The notes: generated from the letters alone by a model not told the origin. A stretch of DNA of 64,000 nt from Octopus vulgaris (GCA_951406725.2 OX597827.1:22878001-22942000); one strand, 5' to 3'; numbered from the stretch's first letter, positions 14,567 through 27,074 are shown. Program-made: numbers and translations.

Positions 14567-15692
14567 CGTTCACGTTTCCCGTTTGCATTTGCCTGTGCTG
14601 ATACTTCTGCCTTTACTGTCATTTGTTGCCTCTCTCAACTGTTTGCTATTTTTGGAATGCCATCATATGTCCACAGTGATAGAAGACCTGCATTTATGCC
14701 AGAGGAATTGAGATCTTTCTGACTACAGCGAGGAGTAGCAACAAGTCGCACAACTCCATAGAATCCTCATTGCAATGGTCAGGTGGAGAGGCTGAATGGT
14801 ACGCTTTGGAAAGCCATAACCCTATCCCTCAAATCCCATGCTTTGCCAATCACTCATTGGGAGCAAGTACTTACAGATGCTCTGCACTCTACCAGGTCGC
14901 TGCTCTGCATAGCTACAAATGAAACTCCACACGAATGCCTGTTTTCCTCCAACTGCAAATCTACGATGGGAACAACACTGCCCAACTGGCTTCTGACTCC
15001 CGGACCTGTGAACTTAAAAAGGGCTGTCAGACCATCCAAGTACGAGCCCCTGGTTGATGAAGTAGAACTTTTAGACTGTAACCCTCCATATGCACATGTA
15101 CGTTTATCTGATGGACGGGAAACAAGTGTGTCACTGAGACAGCTGGCTCCAATCCCTGAGACTTTGATCGATCAACAAAACACACGTACTTTGAAACTAC
15201 AAACTGTAGAAATCACCTGAAAGTAATGAGGTAAACATTGAACATACTCCCCAAGACACTCCAGAGACTGATAATATTAATCAACGTGTTGAGCAGCCAG
15301 AACAACAGACACCTCATGAACAGCATGTTTGGAAAAGAGAATCTATCAGTGACTTCAGAACCAGACCATATAATCTACGCAGTAGAGAAGTTTGAAACAT
15401 TCTGTGCCTATCCATTCAACCCCCGGACTTCTGTTTTCTAGTGGGGGAGAACGTTGTGAGAATGCAGTGAACTGTGTGTGTGCATGTTTATGTTGTTTGC
15501 GTTTGCATGTTTATACGAATATATATATGCTGTTCATGTATGTATTTTTTATACATAACTATTTTGGCAAGCTTTTCATTGCCAAACTGCATTATGTCGC
15601 TGTTGTTAACTCATTCTCAACTTGCTGGCAAAAATTATTATTTGTCTACTGCATTTGTCAAAGAAGTTGAATAAAGCTTTATTTCCAATACA
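14567..15692 (+). mobile_element. Gypsy integrase core, polypurine tract and probable 3' LTR (15455-15692)
   Basis: SRFPFAF..FGMPSYVHSDR..NGQVERLNGTLW..ATNETPHE; GGGGGAGAA PPT followed by TG...AATAAA...CA. Confidence 0.8.
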
Positions 15693-16219
15693 GCAATTCT
15701 GTTCTCCTTACAAATGCTCGTCGGTCTGAAATTGTCTGTTCTCTATTTACATTTCAGGGGCTGGGGTGCTCTATGTGTTCCATGTGACCAGCTTTTGTCC
15801 AGGTGAGCAAATATAACCCCCACACATTGTTTCACTTTTTAATGACAAGGTCACTAAGAGAAGAGTATTATAAGAGATATACAACGGGTTCATGACCAGG
15901 AATTGAAACTACAGTCTTCATGTTCATTTCAGTCATCAGTGGGCTTTTGAAATCTATTTCTTTAAACTGTCAAATTCACCTTAGATAAAACTGATTTTAA
16001 TTTAGAAAACCAGTTGGCTTATTAGTTCAGCAGCCTAGTTCATCATGTGTATATATTTGTGATACCATTAAAATATATAGAAACTACCCTAGACAGAGTT
16101 GTGAGTAAATCAAGGCATAGAAACCAGCTGTCCAGAAGAGAGGAATATATTATTGAATCTAAAGAATGTTTGCAATGAGAAAAATTCATTCACAGAGAAA
16201 TCATCATCATCATCATCAT

Positions 16220-16580
16220 CACTATCATCATTGTTCAACGTCCGCTTTCCATGCTAGCATGGGTTGGACGATTTTGACTGAGGGCTGGCGAACCAGATGG
16301 CTGCACCAGGCTTCAATATTGATCTGGCAGAGTTTCGACAGCTGGATGCCCTTCCTAATGCCAACCACTCCGAGAGTGTAGTGGGTGCTTTTATGTGCCA
16401 CCAGCATGGGGCCAGTCAGGCGGTACTGGCAACTACCTTGCTCGAATCTTTTACACATGCCACCGGCACAGGTGCCAATAAGGCGATGCTGGTAATGATC
16501 ACGCTCGAATGGTGTCTTTTATGTGCCACTGGCACAGAGGCCAGATAGCCGCTCTGGCAACGATCACGCTCGAATACATT
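16220..16580 (-). mobile_element. (GAT)n-tailed retroposon 3' end, probably RTE-related (many copies, e.g. 1-140, 26940-27105, 42380-42540)
   Basis: GGCATTAGGAAGGGCATCCAGCTG...CCAACCCATGC.AGCATGGAAA..GACGTT.AACGATGATG. Confidence 0.75.
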
Positions 16581-16689
16581 TGAAAATAATATTTGAAATT
16601 TTGAAAAGACATTCAAGGGAAAGAACTTTGTAAATAATTATGACAGGCAATGTAATTCTGTTGATTACAATGGTGAACATAGAAACAGC

Positions 16690-17639
16690 ACAAATCTACC
16701 AAATTGAAACTTTCCAAACCATTTTTTAGATTCTGTCAAAGGAAACAACAACACCAGATGGAGCAAGCAAAACATGGGAAAGAACAACAGAACAAACACA
16801 CCTGTAAAGGACTTATTTTTACACCAACTCCACAAAATACAAATCTCAGTAAAACCAAAGATAGCATTACAAACTTTTGCCAAAAACTAAGATTTATGTC
16901 TGATAAAGACAACACCATGGAATCTTTAATCAGAAATAAAACTAAATGTCATTCACAAAAAAGGTAGGAATAGAGAACTTGATTATTTTTGTGATCATAT
17001 AACTTATTTTCCATATGAATTTCTATCAAAATATAAGTTATATTTTAATTTCAGTGTCAAAGAATAGAAGATATTAACACCTTGAAAACCTGACATAAAA
17101 CTGGTAATAAAAGAAGCTGATAAATGACTATAACAAACCCTGGGCTATTCATGCTTCATGACAACAGCAGCAACAAAAAGAAAAAAGTTAACAACAAAAT
17201 CAGCAAAATAATAATACAAAAACTTATTTTCCAAGTCAATTTATATTTATAAAAAGACTTAACTAATAAAGAATATGATTAATTAACCAATTTAAAATGT
17301 AAAACAAGTAATTTCTATGGATTGCCAAATGTTCATAAAAGGTAATGTTATAAATTATGCTTGTAAAGAAACCTCATTTTCTTGTTTAAAGGATTTAAAA
17401 CTACAACAAATAGTGGCAAAATCATTTTGTGAAACTCACTGACTGAGCAATTTCTTTGACATATCATTAAAACCATATTCAAAACATATACAAGGGTGCA
17501 TAAAATATGACTTAGATATATTAAACCACCTTCTATGTACAATGAATTAAGAAACCTTAATAGTTACTTTTCATGTAGCTAACTTGCATTCAAATATATT
17601 GCATAAACATTTTTTTGTTGTTGAATAAATGTCCTCATG

Positions 17640-17736
<97 letters not shown>

Positions 17737-17897
17737 CGCAGGAGTGGCTGTGTGGTAAGCAGCTTGTTTACCAACCACATGGTTCCGGGTTCAGTCCCAC
17801 TGCGTGGCACCTTGGGCAAGTGTCTTCTACTATAGCCTCAGGCCGGCCAAAGCCTTGTGAGTGGATTTGGTAGACGGAAACTGAAAGAAGCCCGTCG

Positions 17898-17958
<61 letters not shown>

Positions 17959-18520
17959 ATGTGTGTGTGTGTTTGTGTGTCTGTGTTTGTCCCCCTAGCA
18001 TTGCTTGACAACCGATGCTGATGTGCTTATATCCCCGTTACTTAGTGGTTCGGCAAAAGAGCCCGATAGAATAAGTACTGGGCTTACAAAAGAATAAGTC
18101 CCGGGGTCGAGTTGCTCGATTAAAGGCAGTGCTCCAGCATGGCCGCAGTCAAATGACTGAAACAAGTAAAAGAGTAAAAGAGCATATATATATATAAAAC
18201 AAAAATTAGGAGCAGCAATGGTAACCAAAGTAACAACAACATAAGCAAATTTAGTAAAGGGATACCTTGAAATAAAAATATGTGAAAAATCCAAGCAGAC
18301 ATATGGAAACTATTCTGATAATTATTTGACAGGAAATTGGAAAATGGTATCTAGATTATTGTTTTATCTTATGGGAAGTAGATGTGGAAAGACATTCTGA
18401 GAAAATAAATGGTAAAGCTGGTATCAAGTTACATATTCTGTATAGTAGTCTTCCTTGATCAAGACACTCAGTGGATTAATTGCATTTAGATGGGAGATTT
18501 TGTCTCCCTCAATGAACAGT
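16690..18520 (+). mobile_element. Decayed Penelope-like element reverse transcriptase, interrupted by (TA)n and a SINE
   Basis: Frameshifted motifs GLIFTPTP, IKEADK, KTSNFYGLPNVHK, CETH*LSNFFDISLKP, GAAMVTKVTTT*ANLVKGYLE, NWK..LDYCFILW follow the PLE RT order. Confidence 0.75.
17736..18182 (+). mobile_element. tRNA-head SINE with internal microsatellite (family A; further copies at ~6402-6826 -, 12232-12600 -, 21014-21431 +, 43119-43515 +, 57949-58400 +, 62985-63180 -)
   Basis: A box TGGCTGTGTGG, B box GGTTCAGTCCC, CORE-like CCTTGGGCAAGTG, tail CTGAAACAAGTAAAAGAG. Confidence 0.85.
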
Positions 18521-19905
18521 AACGAGTGTAATAAATACCCAATGAACGAGTCTGTTTAAGTGGGAGATTGGAGAGTGCAGCTTCTTTTGTAGATAGAACA
18601 AGTATGATAGATAAAATCAAATTTATACTTTAATCACAAAAATGTGATAAATGAACATTAAATACAGAACAATCTGGTTTTACATACACTGTAACTGGCT
18701 GTAGTTGTATAAAAATGGGAGCTGTTGGTGAACACACAGATGCTGGTCATGTAGGTGAATATACATCAGCTGTGTATAATAGTTGTAGGAAAACAGACAC
18801 AGCAGGTGTTGACAGATGTAGGGGAAGAGTCACAGTAAATGTTGGTAAACATATATTGCAAGTGTTGGTAAACAGTCATAGTGGTAGTAGAACAGGTAAC
18901 AGTAAGTGTGGAGGTGTGGTGCAGTGTACTAATATGGTGCACTGGTCCAGTGCAAGAGTGTGATATTGTAGGGGTTGTGGTGTAGGGGTGTGGCGGGTGT
19001 GGGTGTGTGTGTGGGTATGTCTGGTGTTAAATGTTGTTTCATTAATAAAATCATATATATCTCTACTACAGTGTTTGTTGTGGAATTACGTTTCATTTCA
19101 CTTCTTAACTTTCCACCACCACCACCACCACCACCACATTCACCACCACCACCACCACCACCACCACCACCACCACCACCACCATCACCATCACCACCAC
19201 CACCACCATCACCACCACCACAACCACCATCACCACCACCACCACCATCACCACCACTACTATAACAACCACAGCCATGACAACCACAGCAACCTTAACC
19301 ACACACTCCACCACCATCACCATCACAACTGTCTCCTCTCCTCTTCTTTATGTAAACACCCCTCCCCTCTGCTCTTCTTATCTTCACCTTTTAATCTTCA
19401 TCATCTTACATCCCCAACATCTCCCTTCTTAATCTGTCAAGAAATTCCTCCCACCAATCCTCCTTCCCTCCCACCAACCCTTACTGTAATTACTGCTGCC
19501 ATATCTACAACCATCTATACCATAACACTACTATTCTTGCCCACCTCACAACACTGTCTTGATTAACATAACACCACCACCACCATCACCACCACTACCA
19601 CCACCACCACCACTACCACCACCACCACAAATGCCTCCCCACTGTCACCACTGTCCCCCCTCCCATCAATATCATCATCCTCTTACATCAATCATAACAT
19701 GACAAACAGACACCTGAAACTGTTCTTACTGATCGGTCAGTTCACATCAGTTTAGCCAGTCCGGCCAGATCAATGTCTCAAATTTTAAACTGATTATCAC
19801 CCATCACCACCACCACCACCGTTTCACTGTTCCCCCACCATCTCTTGTCATTGCATTTGTGTTGGCTCCTCTCTGGATAACGTAGCAAAACTATAGGTTT
19901 TATGA

Positions 19906-20158
19906 ATGGCTGGGACATATCGACTGTCCCCTCTCAATGAAGGTGATGAGACCCTAAATTTTGCCAGTCTCTTAAGCAAGCTCCCTGGCTCTAGAGGACC
20001 CACAAGCACAGAACTATGGGCTGTCTGTTGGCAGAGTGTGAAGATCTTAAGAGAGGTTAACAAACTTGGTGATTTTTTCCAAACGCTTTGTATCACGCCT
20101 TCAACTCTTGCCTTTGAACTGGACACTGGTCACCTGCGGCTTCTCGATTTGTATGTAG
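19906..20158 (+). CDS. KNDC1: KNDC1 (v-KIND) exon 1, N-terminal part of KIND domain 1
   Basis: ELWAVCWQSVK...FFQTLCITPSTLAFE resembles recalled vertebrate KNDC1 EAWAVCLEC...IFQSLCITPDTLAFN; G|gtgagt donor, phase 1. Confidence 0.85.
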
Positions 20159-20353
20159 GTGAGTAAAACTAATGATTCAGCTCTACAAATGTCATTGCAT
20201 GTCCATTATTTCTTGACCTTCATATCATATACAACACTGTCCACCAATGTCCACTGTTGTTTTACTAATACCATTGCACCATCACTCCCACCTTAACTAC
20301 CATCACAGTAACCTCATAATATAGATGTGTCAATGGAAATGTGCTTATGTGTC

Positions 20354-20406
<53 letters not shown>

Positions 20407-20860
20407 ATGTGTGTGATAGTTTACGAAATAAGTTCATAGGAACTAAGCATGAAAGTTCTCTACCATCACTGCGATACCACACCATACCTTGAATATATAC
20501 ACCATATGTTCCTTTCAGTCTCTACGAATCCCCCCCACCGCCACCTTCACTGCTGCACAACACCAATCATCTCTCCATTTACTGCAGGTCTTCAAATTTA
20601 CACTGCCATACATCACATCACTGATACATACACCATACTCCACTCCTTACACAAACTCTGCCTCCACTGCCATACATTATATTACACCATTGACAAGGCA
20701 GTCCTGAGGCAGGTTCAATGTGACATACTGTCTGACAAGGGGCTGGCCCTTTCAGCTTCAGATAAAGTCCTTCTTTCTGATAATCTGCTTCCAAACTGCT
20801 TCCCTCAGCTCAATTTTTCTCAGGTTTTGGCTGAACTGGCATTAAGGTAGAGACCACTTG

Positions 20861-20947
20861 CTCTACGCACCATGTAGCTCTATGCACCATGTAGCTCTAG
20901 GCACTATGTAGCTCTAGGCACCATATAGCTCTAGTCACCATGTAGCA
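20861..20947. repeat. Minisatellite, 17-bp unit GCTCTAGGCACCATGTA x5
   Basis: Direct inspection. Confidence 0.9.
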
Positions 20948-21013
20948 GGATCAGACTGAGGACTTTGTAATTGCAAAACAAACTTCTTAATTATTTGATT
21001 GTATAGACACATA

Positions 21014-21431
21014 AGCGCAGGAGTGGCTGTGTGGTAAGTAGCTTGCTTACCAACCATATGGTTCTTGATTCAGTCCCACTGTGTGGCACCATGGGCAAGT
21101 CTTCTACTATAGCCTCGGGCTGACCAAAGCATTGTGAGAGGATTTCGTAGACGGAAACTGAAAGAAGCCCATCGTATGTATGTATGTATGTATGTATGTG
21201 TGTGTGTGTATATGTTGGTGTGTCTGTGTTTGTCCCTCCAACATCACTTGACAACTGATGCTGGTGTGTTTACAGCCCTGTAACTTTGTGGTTTGGCAAA
21301 AGAGACTGATAGAATAAGTACTAGGCTTGCAAAGAACAAGTCCTGGGGTCGATTTGTTCGACTAAAGGTGGTGCTCCAGCATGGTCGCACTCAAATGATT
21401 GAAACAGATCAAAGAATATAAGAGTAAAAGA
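21014..21431 (+). mobile_element. SINE family A copy
   Basis: Aligns to 17736-18182. Confidence 0.85.
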
Positions 21432-21620
21432 ATATATAATAAATACAAACATGTATGTGCATACACCACACGTAAACACACACACACACATGCACACGAC
21501 ATGTCAAACTGCCAAACAAACCCATGTCACTATGGAAAACAGATGTTAAACGATGATGATGATATAAATCAATGCTTGCTTTTATGTTTAGTTGCATTGG
21601 GACCCTTCCATCGAAAACCA

Positions 21621-21679
21621 GTGATTGTTGTGCACTGATGATGGGTCAATACCCAGAAACTGCAGTCGGTGCATATCAC
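21621..21679 (+). ncRNA. Type I minimal hammerhead ribozyme motif
   Basis: CTGATGA-TGGGT caat ACCCA-GAAA-CTGCAG-TC; flanks GTGAT..TGCA / TGCA.ATCAC can form stem I. Confidence 0.75.
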
Positions 21680-22031
21680 TTAGGTTGACGAGGGGAGGAT
21701 GACCTCCCTTTGCAAATACCATAAGGGAACAGAAAGTATGTCACTAGCCAGCTGGAGAAGATGTTCTCCTGGGGCTACAATCTACAGTAACATCCACCCT
21801 TAGTGGTTAGCCATATTTAGATGGCAAATATACTTCACATTATAATATGAACAATTTTGCATTAATCTGATGGAGTGACTCAATACTTTCATGGAATACA
21901 AATTTATTATTCTTAAACAGGAATATTATTGTCAGTGACTTTAGTCAGTTGAGCTGTCATCAGACAATCCAGCTGGCTGAAACTCTCAAGTTGCTGTCAA
22001 TGATATTCTTGCTTAAGAAGATACACACACA

Positions 22032-22140
<109 letters not shown>

Positions 22141-22409
22141 CAATAATAAATCTTTGAGCGAGGTATAAACAGTAGCTGCACAAAATCGTGAAGTATATTT
22201 GCCACTTAAATGTGGCTAACCCCTAAGGGTTGATGCTACTGTAGCTTGTAGCCCCAGGAAGACATCTCCTCCAGCTGGCTGTTGACACACTATCTGTGCC
22301 CTATCAGTATTTGCAAAGGGAAGTCCTCGTTCCCATCTCCAGCCTGACGTGATACACACGGACCCAAGTTTCTGGGTCTGTATGTATCATGTCCTTATTC
22401 TTTATATAT

Positions 22410-22803
22410 AAAGAATAAGGAGAAAATGAAGTGGTAAATAATAAAATTATTTATTAATTATAAAATATGACAACGTCTCTGACAGCTGTTTCAATTCAGA
22501 AATCTTTAGATAATTAATTTATAAAATTAAAATCATTATAAGATAAATCTCTTTGGAGGTAGTAAGGATATACCGATTAGAAATACACGTTGAGATAATG
22601 GCTATACACCCGTTAACAGCTGTCAGAGATGTTGTCACATTTTATAATTAATAAACAATTTTATTAATTACCTCTCCATTATTCTCCTTATTCTTTAAAA
22701 ACATAAATGTTACCTTATAGTTGAACTTTCTATGGATTGGTAACTAACCAGTATTTTCATTGGGATTTATGATCCATTAATAAGATTTATTACCTATACT
22801 TAA

Positions 22804-22807
<4 letters not shown>
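22410..22807 (+). mobile_element. (TA)n-embedded fold-back element with hammerhead remnants
   Basis: Arms 22410-22490 / 22615-22697; both start at AACAGCTGTC. Confidence 0.75.
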
Positions 22808-22838
<31 letters not shown>

Positions 22839-22866
22839 AATACAAATAATAATACTGTCCCTATCT

Positions 22867-22906
<40 letters not shown>

Positions 22907-23160
22907 TCACCCATTCCCTTCCGGTCATTCAAAATGTGACCGCGTGCATACCGTTGGTGATTTTTTTTCCTCAGTCTTCCCTTCTTTGGATCTTTCCTTT
23001 ACCTATGTTTCTGCCGAAGAGCTCCACTCGAAACATTAAACCCTCCTTCTTTCCTTCTTTCCTGAGCATCCAATAATACTATACTTGTTCCATGTCCTCA
23101 TGTTGTTGTGTTTTCTCTTTGTGTTTTCATGTTTGGATTAACTATATATATATATATATA

Positions 23161-24350
23161 AATTCTATAATTATGAGTATAATTATAATTAGGGTTCAGC
23201 AAAAATTTGCTTCACCACATATTGAAATTTAGAAATAGCAGTTAAAACTAATTATTTTACTTCCATAAGAAAATCTCCCAGACAGCAATACTCAACAACT
23301 CACGGCAGGTAAAGAGAAAAAAATAACGAATCCATCTGGCTTTGATTAACTGTATACACATTTTGGAGTTAGAGAGATGTGAAAAATGTAAAAATCATAT
23401 TTCTACTCTCTCATTCTCCTCTTCAGTACAGTAATTCAAGATTTTAAGTTTGAGAGCACTGTAAAAATTAAACATACTTATCTGACCAGGCGACATCAGA
23501 CAACACATATCCAACGACCAGTACTCCCGAATTCAAACAGATGAATGAGATCTCATATTCCTCCTCACTCACCCACATGTGATAACGAGTAAAATTCCAC
23601 AGAAAAAACTGCAGTTTACTATCAGGGAGAAAATTATACTATCAATAATAATAAAGGATAAAATTAATTAATTAATTATTAATCAATAATTTTACCAAGT
23701 ACTTTGGTATGTTAAAAGCATCATTATCGGTAAACTTATACAAAAATTCTATAATTCTGAGTATAATTATAATGAGGGTTTTTTTCTTATGATAGTGAAA
23801 TAGTTAGTTTTAACTGCTATTTCTAAATTTCGGTATGTGGTGAAGCAAATTTTTGCTGAACCCTAATTATAATTATACTCATAATTATAAGATTTTTATG
23901 TATAAGTTTACCGATAATGGTTCATTTAACATACCGAACTACTTGGTAAAATTATTAATTATTAATTGACTAGCAGTATCGCCCGGCGTTGCTCAGGTTT
24001 GTAAGGGAAATAACTATAAAGCATTTTTAGAGAGTTATAGCCAAAAAATAGCAAAAAAATGATGGTAAATTTTTTTGAGAGTTAAAAAAGGTGGAGTTGC
24101 GTCCCCTAGACAGTTTGTGTTTCTGATTCTCGACCCCATGTCGAATTTATCGATCTTTTTTCAGAACTGGGGGAACTTTTCAAAATTTTCGCTGCGTTAG
24201 TTTTGAATTATGACATTGGGCTATGTGTGTGTCAAGTTTCATCAGAATCGGTTGAAAGCCGTGGTCAGGGTGAGGGTACAAGCAAACAGACACAGAAACA
24301 CGCACAGACAAACTGCCGTTTATATAGAGAGAGATTAATTAATTTTACCC

Positions 24351-24360
<10 letters not shown>
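23161..24360. mobile_element. Compound fold-back element with nested inverted repeats, interrupted by a Helitron
   Basis: 23161-23272 pairs with 23779-23893; 23645-23779 pairs with 23860-23969 plus 24335-24360. Confidence 0.75.
23970..24334 (-). mobile_element. Non-autonomous Helitron
   Basis: Minus strand 5'-TC...subterminal hairpin CCTGAGCAACGCCGGG...CTAG-3', inserted between A and T, no TSD. Confidence 0.8.
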
Positions 24361-24415
<55 letters not shown>

Positions 24416-24421
24416 CATTAT

Positions 24422-24466
<45 letters not shown>

Positions 24467-25476
24467 TATGTATGTATGTATATATTAGTTTACAGGGATC
24501 ATGCAGTTTGTGGTGAAGAGTTTGTTAACATCTAGTGCTATGATAAATTGCATCTGTAAAGTTGTTAGAAAGGACATCCAACCATAGATACCAAGTCAAA
24601 AATGAAACCCACAAGGGGAATACAGTCTTCTGGTTCATCTAAGAGAGTAAATTAAAAAAAAGGGATTAAAGGTTTTTTCCAAGCCATAAGCTCATAAAAC
24701 CAGTTTCCCCAGATTCTGTGGTATATATAAAACACCACTGGATAGGACACCAGTCCATTGCAAAGTTGCTCCCTTTTGCAAGCTGAGTTTGCTGGATCCA
24801 TGTGAAGTGAAGAGTTTTGCTTAAGAGCATAATGCATTGCCTGGCCCAAGAATCGAAACCACAATCTTATGAGCATGAGTCCAACAGCCTAACCACTAAG
24901 CTACTCACCTCCACATCTAAGAGAGTGGCAACTCCAAATAGGGACTGACTTAAGCTATGATAACATGTCCAACCCATGCCAGCATAGAAAGCAAATATAA
25001 AATGACGATGATGATGATATCCCCCCACCACCACCACCACCATCATCATTACTTAATGTCCACCTTCCATGCTGGCATGGGTTGGATGGTTTGACAGGAG
25101 CTGGCCAGGCAAGAACCTGCACCTGACCTCTGTGTCTGTTTTGGCAGGATTTTTATGGTTGGATGCCCTTCCTAACACCAACCACCCAGCAGCATGGACT
25201 GAGTGCTTTTTAAGTGGCACAAGCACAGACAAGGTCAGTTTTGACAAGGGATTTACAGCTGGATGCCCTTCCTAATGTCAACCACTTTTGGAAGGGTATC
25301 CAGTAGTAAAAACCTTGCCAAAACTGATACAGAAGTCTGGTGCTTGTGTCATCCCAACCTCATTATTCTGGATTCAGTCTCACTGCTTGGCACCTTGGGC
25401 AAGGGTCTTCTAATGACCAAAGTCTTGTGAGTGGATTTGGTAGACTGAAACTGTTGTGTGTTTGAGTATGTGTACA

Positions 25477-25512
<36 letters not shown>

Positions 25513-25999
25513 GTGACTGTTGTGTGCATGTGTGTGTTGTGTGTTGTGCGTTGTGTGCATGTCTGTGTTGTGTGTGTGTGTGTGTTGTGTGTGTTTGTTG
25601 TGTGTGTGTGTGTGTTGTGTGTGTGTGTGTGTGTATGTGTTATGTGTGTGTGTTGTGTGTGTGTGTGTTATGTGTGTGTGTTGTGTGTGTTATATGTGTG
25701 TGTGTGTGTGTGTGTGTGTTATGTGTGTGTTGTGTGTGTGTGTTATGTGTGTGTTGTATGTGTTGTGTGCACGTGTGTGTGTTATATGTGTGTGTTGTGT
25801 GTGTGTGTGTTATGTGTGTGTGTGTTATGTGTGTGTGTTGTGTGTGTGTTGTGTGTGTGTTATGTGTGTGTGTTGTGTGTGTGTTGTGTGTGTATATGTG
25901 TTTGTTTCTCCTTGTCTTGATATTATGTGATAGTCATACAAGCAGTGTCATTAATTTCCAGTATCCGTGAAAGCATGTCCGGGCCATGGGGGAAATATT

Positions 26000-26113
26000 A
26001 CCATATATCATGTTGAAAGCACCGGTTCTCGTCTGATCACCGAAGTTAAGCAACGTCGAACCTAGTGAGTTCTTAGATGGGTGACTGCTTGGGAAATCTA
26101 GGTGCTGTAAGCA
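26000..26113 (+). pseudogene. 5'-truncated 5S rRNA-derived copy
   Basis: GTTGAAAGCACCGGTTCTCGTCTGATCACCGAAGTTAAGCAACGTCG...GATGGGTGACTGCTTGGGAA...GGTGCTGTAAGC follows invertebrate 5S rRNA; solitary copy inserted in a SINE. Confidence 0.88.
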
Positions 26114-27074
26114 TCACACATTTTAAAAGGCAATGCTCCAGCATGGTCATAGTCAAATGACTGAAACAAGTAAAAGAGTATATTTGGAAAGAGGCGAGGG
26201 TTGGCAATAGGAAGAGCACCCAGCTACAAAAAATCTGCCTCAGTGAATTCTGTCTAAAATATTCAAGCATGGAAAATGTGGACATTAAAATGATGATGAT
26301 GATGATGACGATGATGATATGTACAAACACACATATGTTAAAACATCTACACATGTATACTAGTGTAGTCATACAAACATATACGCACCAGCAAGGGAGT
26401 CTCTAGGGAGTCATTTGGCCTGTTAGTAATAGTAGCTAAATCTTCTTCAAATCACATCCTCCTACTGTGTTAAAAGAAGGACATGTGGGATAATATGGTT
26501 CTGGGTTCCTTGGACATAGTAAAAATATGGGATAGTCATGGCTGGAATGATTTTGATCATAATTTTAGTTGGTCCAACATTAAACATTAAAAGCAATAAA
26601 ATACCATTGCAAGGTGCCTCGGACAAGTGTCTTCTACTATAACCCCAGGCCAACCAAAGCCATGTGAGTGGATTTGGCAGAAGGAAACTGAACGATGCCC
26701 ATCATGTGTGTGAGTGTGTGTATGTATATTTGTGTTTCCTTGTCTTAACATTGTGTAAGAGTTACAAAACAAGTGTCACTCTCATACAAGCAGTGCCTTT
26801 CCTTTCCAGAACTGAGGCACCTGGTGCCGCAGCAGAAGTGTTAAGGGCCACATCCCCTGGTGAAGAAGATTGGCCTGCAAGTGTCTTGTGCTGGTGCCAC
26901 ATAAAAGCCCTTGCGCCAGTGCCATGTTAAAGGCACCCAGCACACACTATAAAGTGGTTGGCGTTAGGAAGGGCATCCAGCTGTAGAAACCAGGCCAAGT
27001 CAGACAAGGGAGCCTGGTGCGGCTCTGGTCAAACCATCTGACCCATGCCAATATGGAAAGCGGATGTTAAAGGC

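Noticed and set aside
23470-23500. ATACTTATCTG resembling the U1 snRNA 5' end
   Set aside because: The match is only about 10 nt and no downstream U1 sequence follows.
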